The notes under the pieces are model-generated. The model made no database searches and was not told where the DNA came from. It worked only from the letters and a program-made list of their open reading frames with translations. Positions 56,198 to 64,000 of a DNA stretch of 64,000 nucleotides are shown here, one piece after another. This stretch comes from an uncultured Bacilli bacterium. Its GTDB lineage: Bacteria; Bacillota_I; Bacilli_A; RF39; UBA660. The translations under genes and the position numbers were made by a program. The stretch covers positions 71,147 to 135,146 of the forward strand of contig CALVKA010000002.1 of the NCBI GenBank assembly GCA_944332475.1, given 5' to 3'. Every line of letters starts with the position of its first letter. Position 1 is the stretch's first letter.

Positions 56198-57118
56198 TTA
56201 TTCACTTTTTAACAAATCCAAAGTATCTAAGAACTCTTTAGGAGGTTCAACTTCAAAATACATCTCTTTACCAGTTTTAGGATGAACAAAACGAATACTT
56301 TTAGAATGTAACATCTGTCCAAACTCTGTACTTTTACCTCTTCCATACATAGGGTCATTACTAACAGGATGTCCAATATATGCCATATGAACACGAATCT
56401 GATGTGTTCTACCAGTCTCTAAAATACATTCAACTAAAGAATGATTAGAAAAGGTCTCCAACACTCGAAAATGAGTAATTGCTTCTTTTCCATGTACATC
56501 AGTAACAGCCATTTTTTGACGATTATTAGCATCTCTTCCGATTGGAGCATCAATCGTACCAGTATCATGCTTAATCACACCATCAACAATAGCTAAATAA
56601 TGACGTTCTACTTCTTTATTGGCAATCATCCGAGACAAAGCATCATGCACCTCATCGTTTTTCGCAACCAACATCAACCCACTCGTATCTTTATCCAAAC
56701 GATGAACAATACCTGGCCTCATTTTATCTTTTTGAGATAATTGAAAACGATATAATAAAGCATTGACCAAAGTACCAGTATAATGTCCAGGAGCAGGATG
56801 TACCACCATACCACTAGCCTTATTAATAACCAATAAATAGTCGTCTTCATAAACAACATCAATAGGAATATCTTCAGCCTCAACTGAAATATCATAATTT
56901 AAATCATCATTTACTACAATAGAATCTCCTAATTTCACAACATAATTATTAGATACAACCTTTTCATTAACCAAAATAAGTCCTTGTTTGACTAACTTTT
57001 GTATTTTACTACGAGAAACATTTAACTCTTCTGCCAAATAAGAATCAATTCTCTTCTCGTTTTCTGTTTCCACCTTTATCCAAAAATTCATTACTATCCC
57101 TCCTAAGAATATTAACAA
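56198..57118 (-). CDS. rluD: RluA/RluD-family 23S rRNA pseudouridine synthase
   Basis: 306 aa. S4 domain and catalytic HRLDKDTSGLMLVAK. The annotated start overlaps lspA by about 70 nt, so the true start is probably internal. Confidence 0.85.
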   Translation of the reverse strand: MLIFLGGIVMNFWIKVETENEKRIDSYLAEELNVSRSKIQKLVKQGLILVNEKVVSNNYVVKLGDSIVVNDDLNYDISVEAEDIPIDVVYEDDYLLVINKASGMVVHPAPGHYTGTLVNALLYRFQLSQKDKMRPGIVHRLDKDTSGLMLVAKNDEVHDALSRMIANKEVERHYLAIVDGVIKHDTGTIDAPIGRDANNRQKMAVTDVHGKEAITHFRVLETFSNHSLVECILETGRTHQIRVHMAYIGHPVSNDPMYGRGKSTEFGQMLHSKSIRFVHPKTGKEMYFEVEPPKEFLDTLDLLKSE

Positions 57119-57578
57119 CTAAAATAAGAAATCCTATAGTAATACCAATATCCGCTAAATTAAAGACTGGAAAACCATATCCAAAGAAATCAAAAGACAA
57201 ATAATCAATCACCACTCCATATAAAATACGATCAATTAAATTTCCAACAATTCCACCAATCACAATACCAAGACCAAAAGTTCTCCACTTAGTCATCTTC
57301 TCATCTGTTACAACATAATAATGAATAAAAGCAAGCACTAATACACTAAGTAAAATCAAAACAATTGTTGCTCCACTAAACAAACTAAATGCTCCCCCAC
57401 TATTTTCAATATAATAAATAGAGAAAAAATTGGGAATCACTTCTATTTCTTCCATCAATGACATACGAGAGCGAACAAGTAACTTAATCAGTTGATCAAA
57501 CATTAATAATACACACGCAACACTATACACTTGTTCCCTATTTTTCAACAACATCTTATTCTTTTTCGTCTTTCTCAT
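57045..57578 (-). CDS. lspA: lipoprotein signal peptidase II
   Basis: 177 aa. IENSGGAFSLFSG and FNLADIGITIG motifs. Four TM helices. Confidence 0.85.
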   Translation of the reverse strand: MRKTKKNKMLLKNREQVYSVACVLLMFDQLIKLLVRSRMSLMEEIEVIPNFFSIYYIENSGGAFSLFSGATIVLILLSVLVLAFIHYYVVTDEKMTKWRTFGLGIVIGGIVGNLIDRILYGVVIDYLSFDFFGYGFPVFNLADIGITIGFLILVVNILRRDSNEFLDKGGNRKREEN

Positions 57579-60525
57579 CTAGCTCCTCCTTCTCTTTTAA
57601 ATACTTAATTCTCTGAACAATGACTTGATATTGATCAAGTCTTTTTTCAACCGTACCACGAATTTTTAATAAATCCCCTTTTTCAATACCTTCATACAAC
57701 CGATACACCTTAGGAAACAAAGTAAAATCCATCGTACCAGTTTCATCACTACCAGTAATAAAAGCCATCTTATCTCCCTTTTTTGTAGTAATTACTTTTA
57801 TTTTATCAACTAAAATTAAAGTATCAACCCTTTTAGAGAAAAAATTTGGAATTTCTAACAAGGAAACAACATAAGGATTATCCTTTTTATACATATTAGT
57901 AGGATGACTAGATAAATAAAAACCAAAGACATTCTTTTCCATCTCTAATAAATAACTATCCTCATATTCACTTCGTTCCTCAATATCAGGTTGCATGACC
58001 AAACTAGGATCAATATCTTTCGTAAGCTCTGCATAATTAAATAAACTATCTAAATTATAAATTAAGGTTGCTCGATTATAAGAAAACTCTTTAAAAACAT
58101 CAGCATAAATTAAAGTTTCTAAGTTTTTCTTTCCAACACCAGCAATATACAATCTACTAAAAGCATCATAAATACTGACAAACTCTCCCTCTTCACGAGC
58201 TTTCATAATACTCTTCGCAACAACAATACCAATAGACTTAATATTAGAAAAAGGATATATAATTTTATCATCTTTTACAATATAACGAATATCACTTAGA
58301 TTAATAGAAGGTTTTACAATTTCCAAACCATTTGCCCTAGCTTCCATAATATATTCATGCGTCTTAGACTCACTTCCAATAACATTAGTTAAAAGGTTGG
58401 CAAAGAAAATCGTCTGATAATGACTCTTTAAATAAGCCATCTTATAAGCAATGATAGAATACGCAACAGAATGAGATCGATTAAATCCATAACCAGCAAA
58501 GTTTAAAATCAAATCAAATAATTTTTTAGACACTTCATAACTATGACCCTTCTCTAAACTTTTACGAATGAATTTCTCTTCCTCATTTTTTAATAAATCA
58601 ACTTTTTTCTTACTCATTGCCCTACGTAAAATATCAGCTTCACCCAAACTATATCCAGCAAACACATTCGCAACTTGCATAATCTGTTCCTGATAAATAA
58701 TAATTCCATAGGTATTTTTTAAAATAGGTTCCAAACAAGGATCTAAATAAGTAATTTCTTCTTCCCCATGTTTTCTTCTAACATAAGAATCAATATTAAC
58801 AGCAGGACCAGGTCTAAATAACGCAATCGCTGCAAAAATATCTTCAAAACAATTAGGTTTTAAATTACGTAAAAAGTTTCTCATACCAGTACTCTCAAAT
58901 TGAAAAATACCAGTCGTATTTGCAACTTCAAAAATATGTATGGCATCTTTATCATCCAAAGGAATCTGATTAAAATGAACTTTTTCTCCTAACGTAGACT
59001 CAATATCCGTCAAAATATTATGAATAATAGTCAAATTCTTAAGACCAAGAAAATCCATCTTTAAAAGACCTAACTCTTCTAAGTATTCCATAGAATAACT
59101 AGTCAAATACAGTCCTTCACTAACAGTCAATGGAACAACTTCATCTAAGTCTACCTGACACATAACAATACCAGCAGCATGAGAAGAAGTATGCCTTGGA
59201 AATCCTTCTAGGCGACAAGCAATTTTAAACATCTTACGAAGTAACAAATCACTATCAACACGAGCTTTAAAAGTAGAATTATCCCTATATATATCTTTTA
59301 ACTTATCTTTCGTAAAAGCAGGAATAAATTTATTTAAGCCATCTACTTTATAAGTAGGAACATTTAATACTCTACTGACATCACGTATCACTTGTTTTGC
59401 TCCAAGTGTACCAAACGTAACAATACCAGCAACTCTCTTCTTACCATATTTAGAAACAACATATTGAATGACTTCATCACGTTTATCGTCAGGAAAATCC
59501 GTATCAATATCAGGCATTGTCTTACGTTCAGGATTTAAAAAACGTTCAAACAACAAATCATATTTTAAAGGATCAATTTCCGTAATACCCAAACAATAAG
59601 ATACCAAAGAACCAGCGGCACTACCTCTTCCAGGACCAACTAAAATATCATGTTGTTTTGCATATTTAATAAAATCATAAACAACTAAAAAATAATTAGA
59701 AAAACCCATCTCATCAATAATCTTTAATTCATAACTAAGTCGATTACGATACTCCGCTGTAACTTTACCTCCTAATCTACGATTTAACCCTGCTTTACTA
59801 AGTTCAAATAAATATTGACTAGGATTATCACACTCATAAATAGGTAATAATAATTTAGCTTTAGGAAACTCTAAATGACACATATCACTAATCTTCATTG
59901 TATTAAGTAGCCCAATATTATCACTATAATCTAAAACATTAGAAATTTCTAATTCATGACCAACTAAATCATATTCTACTTCATCACTAACCGTCTTACC
60001 ATCACGAATACGATATAAATAACCTAAAAATTCATGATCATCAAAAGACAAATATAAAGAATGAGGAAAAAAGACTACATTACGATTCTCTAACAACACT
60101 TCCCTCTCTTCACTCTTATTACGATATCCCAAATATAAATCAGAATAAATATCAACAAAACTAGAATAATAACTTCTACTTTCATAAGGAACAACACAAA
60201 TAACATCAGAAGAATATAATGTTAAATCATCTAAAACAACACCACGTTCATTCTGAATCGTAGATAACTTCATTAAATTCTGATAACCAGAATAATTCTT
60301 ACAATATAAAACAATATCATAATCTAAATGAACAATAAGTCCAATAATAGGTTTGATATTTTCTTTTTCACACTTATGAATAAACTCCATAACTCCATAC
60401 ATAGTATCATCACTAAGTGCCATACTAGAGATTTTATGATGTACTGCAAAAGATACTAAATCATCAATAGATAACATACTAGAAAGCAAAGAGTAATAAC
60501 TCTGATTATACAACGGTATATACAT
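57556..60525 (-). CDS. dnaE: DNA polymerase III alpha subunit, DnaE-type (short form)
   Basis: 989 aa. N-terminal PHP domain, polymerase core GPGRGSAAGSLVSYCLGITEIDP, C-terminal OB fold. Confidence 0.9.
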   Translation of the reverse strand: MYIPLYNQSYYSLLSSMLSIDDLVSFAVHHKISSMALSDDTMYGVMEFIHKCEKENIKPIIGLIVHLDYDIVLYCKNYSGYQNLMKLSTIQNERGVVLDDLTLYSSDVICVVPYESRSYYSSFVDIYSDLYLGYRNKSEEREVLLENRNVVFFPHSLYLSFDDHEFLGYLYRIRDGKTVSDEVEYDLVGHELEISNVLDYSDNIGLLNTMKISDMCHLEFPKAKLLLPIYECDNPSQYLFELSKAGLNRRLGGKVTAEYRNRLSYELKIIDEMGFSNYFLVVYDFIKYAKQHDILVGPGRGSAAGSLVSYCLGITEIDPLKYDLLFERFLNPERKTMPDIDTDFPDDKRDEVIQYVVSKYGKKRVAGIVTFGTLGAKQVIRDVSRVLNVPTYKVDGLNKFIPAFTKDKLKDIYRDNSTFKARVDSDLLLRKMFKIACRLEGFPRHTSSHAAGIVMCQVDLDEVVPLTVSEGLYLTSYSMEYLEELGLLKMDFLGLKNLTIIHNILTDIESTLGEKVHFNQIPLDDKDAIHIFEVANTTGIFQFESTGMRNFLRNLKPNCFEDIFAAIALFRPGPAVNIDSYVRRKHGEEEITYLDPCLEPILKNTYGIIIYQEQIMQVANVFAGYSLGEADILRRAMSKKKVDLLKNEEEKFIRKSLEKGHSYEVSKKLFDLILNFAGYGFNRSHSVAYSIIAYKMAYLKSHYQTIFFANLLTNVIGSESKTHEYIMEARANGLEIVKPSINLSDIRYIVKDDKIIYPFSNIKSIGIVVAKSIMKAREEGEFVSIYDAFSRLYIAGVGKKNLETLIYADVFKEFSYNRATLIYNLDSLFNYAELTKDIDPSLVMQPDIEERSEYEDSYLLEMEKNVFGFYLSSHPTNMYKKDNPYVVSLLEIPNFFSKRVDTLILVDKIKVITTKKGDKMAFITGSDETGTMDFTLFPKVYRLYEGIEKGDLLKIRGTVEKRLDQYQVIVQRIKYLKEKEELDEKDEKE

Positions 60526-60550
60526 ATAAAACCTCCTCTCTTATATTCTA

Positions 60551-63500
60551 TCATAAATAAAAAAATATAAAAGAAAAAGAGTCCCTAAATTCAGGAACCC
60601 TATCAAATCGATAACTAGTCTGTGTACCAGAGCTAGCTATCGTAACAGTTGCATTAGTCCTATTAGCTTCATCAAGTCTAGCACGTACAAAACTCTGAGC
60701 CACACTATCTTTAACAATAACATTAATAGTACTATTAACAGAACTAAACATATAATTATATGAAGTAACAGAACTAAAATCAGCATTTCGCATATCTAAA
60801 CTGATCAACTTGCTACAATTATAAAACATATAACTCATATTTGTTACTTTTGAGGTATCAAAATTACTTACATCTAAACTCACACTTTTTACATTCCAAA
60901 ACATATTACTCATATCCATTACATTTGATGTATCAAATTTACTTACATCTAAATTAGACATTCTATTTTGACTGAAACCTACATAATTATTAGCCGCAAA
61001 CATATAACTCATATCAGTTACTTTAGATGTATTAAAACTAGTTACATCAATTGTATCTAATCGAATTGTCTCATAAAACATACGTCTCATACTAGTAACA
61101 TTTGTTGTATCAAAATTACTTACATCTAAACTGGTTAAACTTCTACAATTATAGAACATATCACTCATATTAGTAACATTAGAAGTATCAAAATTACTTA
61201 CATCTAAACTGGTTAAACTTTGACAATTTCTAAACATATAACTCATATTCGTTACCTTAGATGTATCAAAATTACTTACATTTAAACTGGTTAAACTACC
61301 ACAACTGCCAAACATATAACTCATATTCGTTACCTTAGATGTATCAAAATTACTAACATCTAAACTAGTTAAATTACTACAACCAAACATATAACTCATA
61401 TCCGTTACATTTGACGTATCAAAATTACTTACATCTAAACTGGTTAAACTATTACAACCCCAAAACATATCACTCATACTTGTGACATTTGTTGTATCAA
61501 AATTACCAATATCCAAACTAGTTAAATTACTACAATTATAAAACATATAACTCATATTTGTTACTTTTGAGGTATCAAAATTACTTACATCTAAACTGGT
61601 TAAATTACTACAACTATAAAACATAGAACTCATATTTGTTACTTTTGAGGTATCAAAATTACTTACATCTAAACTGGTTAAACTTCTACATCCATCAAAC
61701 ATAGAACCCATACTTGTTACCTTAGATGTATCAAAATGACTAACGTCTAAACTAGTTAAACTGCTACAACCATCAAACATATAGCTCATATCTATAACAT
61801 TAGATGTATCAAAATTACTAACAGCTAAACTGGTTAAACCTCTACAACCATCAAACATATAGCTCATATCTATAACATTAGATGTATCAAAATTACTAAC
61901 ATCTAAACTGGTTAAACTGGTACAACCATAAAACATATCACGCATGTTTATCACTTTAGAGGTGTCAAAATGGCTAACATCTAAACTCACACTTTTTACA
62001 TTCCAAAACATATTACTCATATTTGTTACATTCGACGTGTCAAAATGACTCACATCTAAATTAGACATTCTATTTTGACTGGAGCTTCCATAGTTATTAG
62101 CTGCAAACATATAACTCATATTAGTGACTTTAGAAGTATTAAAGCTAGTTACATCAATTATATCTAATCGAATTGTATCATCAAACATATAACTCATATT
62201 CGTTACATTAGAGGTATCAAAATTACTTAAATCCAAACTGGTTAAACTTCGACAATTGCTAAACATATAACTCATGTTAGTTACCCGACTCGTATCTAAA
62301 TAAGTTAAGTCTATAGTCTCCAAAGAAGAAAATCCATTGCTAGAAGAACTTCCACCAAACAAGTAACTTGAATTAGGATTGGCTATAATCCCACCTTGTC
62401 CTCCTATTGTGACTTTATAAGTTCCATTACCACTTCCGTCATCTTCAACATAAGCAATTACACTTCCATCTCCTTCTGCAGATACATCCCAATATTCTAT
62501 GGCTGATGTCGGAATATCTAAGTTATCTTTTGTCACAACGGATGTAATCTTACTCTTATAAGTACTACTATGATAATCAGTAGAGGTACCGGAAGTATAT
62601 CGTTTCATAATAGGATCGCCCATCGTGTTGACAGTTCCATCCATAGACTTGGCTATCGTTACCTTGGACCATTCTGCACGGATAGTGACATTCTCTTCTG
62701 GCATGATAAAGTAGTCTTCTCCTACTCTGGTAATATCTTTATTCACGATTTCCCATCCTTTAAATTGATATCCTGCACAACTAGGTTGTTCTTCTGTAAT
62801 CGATACCGTATCAAACACAGAATAATTTAAACTATCTGGTACATTATTCACAGTACAACCATCCGGTGCATTTCCATCATAAATGACTTGATAGCTATCA
62901 GAAAGCACTGGAGTTAATGTACTAGTAACATCTTCCTCTTGTCCTTGAATAGAAGATAATATCTCTTCACTTTCGTTCGTCGGATAAATACCACCTTGAC
63001 CGATTAAGTCTTCGTGTAAATTTAAATCCATCGTTAGTTTGGCATCTCTTCCACTATTAAAATTAGATATCGTCCAAGTTATTTTTTGTTTTCCATTTTC
63101 TTCTTCTAACTTGACTTTCCCTTGTGATACTGTAATATCATCTTCACTTTCTAAGGTAAAATACCGATTATCAATATAATCCACTATCTGAAACTCTTCA
63201 TAGGGTATCGGTGCGACACTTGCATCAAACAACACATTATTCAACGTTTCCATATCGGCAAAAAATTGATTATCACTAATCTCTTTAATAGGGTTTAATA
63301 TCGTATCTCCCATTTCATATTGAATACCATTGACAGTTATATAAGGATATTGATCTTTTAAATAGTTGTATTGGGCAATCTGATTGGGTGTATCCACATT
63401 TGGATAGCCATCCGTTAAGAATAAGACAATAACTTCTTTATCATTCGTTTTCTGATAATCCTGTAATATAGTATCTACATTTACTAAGGCTTGATAATAA

Positions 63501-63997
63501 TTTGTACTTCCTGTATCTTGTAACTCATTAATTTGATTTATTAATGCGACTTTATCATTCGTAAAATCTGATACAATGGTAGATGCTGTATCAAACGTAA
63601 TTAAGGCAACACTATTGTTTCTATTAGAAAGTAAACTTTCGATTAGTTCTATAGAATCACTTTTTACTCTATCTAGTTTATCTCCTGACATAGAACCTGA
63701 AATATCTAATACCATAATGATATCTGTATCTTTATCTTCTGTCATTAATGAAGTATCTACATCAAAGGTAACTCTAGCTTTCCCTTGTGATACCCATTTG
63801 CCACTCTTTTCTACTTGCCAGGATCCTGGTTCGTTATCTTCAAAGCTCGTGTTTCTTGATGTAATAATCACACTTTTGGTAGGTGTTAAAGCCGCGAAAG
63901 CATTTCCAACAAAAAAGATAGATAATGCTACTACAAAGATACTAAAGACTACGACTTCTTTTGTATGTTCTTGTATAAACATCTTTATCTTATTCAT
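60551..63997 (-). CDS. large secreted surface protein: signal peptide, von Willebrand A domain, Listeria-Bacteroides repeat, and about 25 BspA-type leucine-rich repeats
   Basis: 1148 aa. vWA MIDAS VLDISGSMSG. CTVNNVPDSL...GYQFKGWEI is a Listeria-Bacteroides repeat. It is followed by 23-aa units SLDVSNFDTSKVTNMSYMFxxCxxLT repeated about 25 times. Confidence 0.8.
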   Translation of the reverse strand: MNKIKMFIQEHTKEVVVFSIFVVALSIFFVGNAFAALTPTKSVIITSRNTSFEDNEPGSWQVEKSGKWVSQGKARVTFDVDTSLMTEDKDTDIIMVLDISGSMSGDKLDRVKSDSIELIESLLSNRNNSVALITFDTASTIVSDFTNDKVALINQINELQDTGSTNYYQALVNVDTILQDYQKTNDKEVIVLFLTDGYPNVDTPNQIAQYNYLKDQYPYITVNGIQYEMGDTILNPIKEISDNQFFADMETLNNVLFDASVAPIPYEEFQIVDYIDNRYFTLESEDDITVSQGKVKLEEENGKQKITWTISNFNSGRDAKLTMDLNLHEDLIGQGGIYPTNESEEILSSIQGQEEDVTSTLTPVLSDSYQVIYDGNAPDGCTVNNVPDSLNYSVFDTVSITEEQPSCAGYQFKGWEIVNKDITRVGEDYFIMPEENVTIRAEWSKVTIAKSMDGTVNTMGDPIMKRYTSGTSTDYHSSTYKSKITSVVTKDNLDIPTSAIEYWDVSAEGDGSVIAYVEDDGSGNGTYKVTIGGQGGIIANPNSSYLFGGSSSSNGFSSLETIDLTYLDTSRVTNMSYMFSNCRSLTSLDLSNFDTSNVTNMSYMFDDTIRLDIIDVTSFNTSKVTNMSYMFAANNYGSSSQNRMSNLDVSHFDTSNVTNMSNMFWNVKSVSLDVSHFDTSKVINMRDMFYGCTSLTSLDVSNFDTSNVIDMSYMFDGCRGLTSLAVSNFDTSNVIDMSYMFDGCSSLTSLDVSHFDTSKVTSMGSMFDGCRSLTSLDVSNFDTSKVTNMSSMFYSCSNLTSLDVSNFDTSKVTNMSYMFYNCSNLTSLDIGNFDTTNVTSMSDMFWGCNSLTSLDVSNFDTSNVTDMSYMFGCSNLTSLDVSNFDTSKVTNMSYMFGSCGSLTSLNVSNFDTSKVTNMSYMFRNCQSLTSLDVSNFDTSNVTNMSDMFYNCRSLTSLDVSNFDTTNVTSMRRMFYETIRLDTIDVTSFNTSKVTDMSYMFAANNYVGFSQNRMSNLDVSKFDTSNVMDMSNMFWNVKSVSLDVSNFDTSKVTNMSYMFYNCSKLISLDMRNADFSSVTSYNYMFSSVNSTINVIVKDSVAQSFVRARLDEANRTNATVTIASSGTQTSYRFDRVPEFRDSFSFIFFYL
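60830..62300 (-). repeat. tandem array of near-identical 69-bp coding repeats (BspA-like LRR units)
   Basis: Highly similar DNA units (for example ...catattcgttaccttagatgtatcaaaattacttacat...) recur every 69 bp. They are in-frame with no spacers, so they are not CRISPR. Confidence 0.7.
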
Positions 63998-64000
63998 GTT

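Noticed and set aside
60830-62300. CRISPR-like periodic repeats
   Set aside because: The repeats are contiguous 69-bp in-frame coding units of a leucine-rich-repeat protein with no unique spacers and no cas genes.

Overview
Low-GC (roughly 30% GC) Firmicute chromosomal window, probably a spore-former given the spoVID/ysxE-like pair. Gene order resembles the Bacillus/Clostridia-type alaS-greA neighbourhood (ireB, ruvX, DUF1292, mltG, yrrM-like methyltransferase, two U32 peptidases, greA) together with lon, tig and trpS. Fifty-five of 57 genes are on the minus strand. Housekeeping genes: Fur-family regulator (partial, with its own Fur box), spoVID-like, ysxE-like, lon, tig, trpS, rmuC, dedA, rhodanese, greA, an HD-domain protein, U32 peptidases, an O-methyltransferase, mltG, ruvX, ireB, rhomboid, TspO, an orphan hybrid histidine kinase, an AMP-ligase, rluD, lspA, dnaE, and a vWA/BspA-LRR surface protein. 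Two accessory blocks stand out. (1) A roughly 26.7-kb co-directional supercluster of 22 tightly packed genes (10747..37451, minus strand) between the rhodanese gene and greA. It combines a Gram-positive conjugation-type T4SS core with a complete-looking Tad/Flp-type pilus module and a sortase-like enzyme. The T4SS part comprises a VirD4 coupling protein, a VirB4 ATPase split into two translationally coupled ORFs, VirB3-like and VirB6-like proteins, and a SpoIID-like/C39-like cell-wall hydrolase. The Tad part comprises a CpaF/TadA ATPase, two GspF-like TadB/TadC proteins, CpaB, a TadZ-like protein and small pilin-like proteins. The block also encodes giant Cys-rich surface proteins, and it has no relaxase, integrase or replication gene. 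(2) A 4.5-kb mini-island (42736..47253) inserted between the yrrM-like and U32 genes. It encodes an NlpC/P60 hydrolase and a 712-aa protein with a type IV prepilin N-terminus and thrombospondin-type-1-like Cys repeats. The NlpC/P60 N-terminus carries the same two-TM hairpin domain found in two proteins of the big cluster. No rRNA, tRNA or CRISPR features were recognised.
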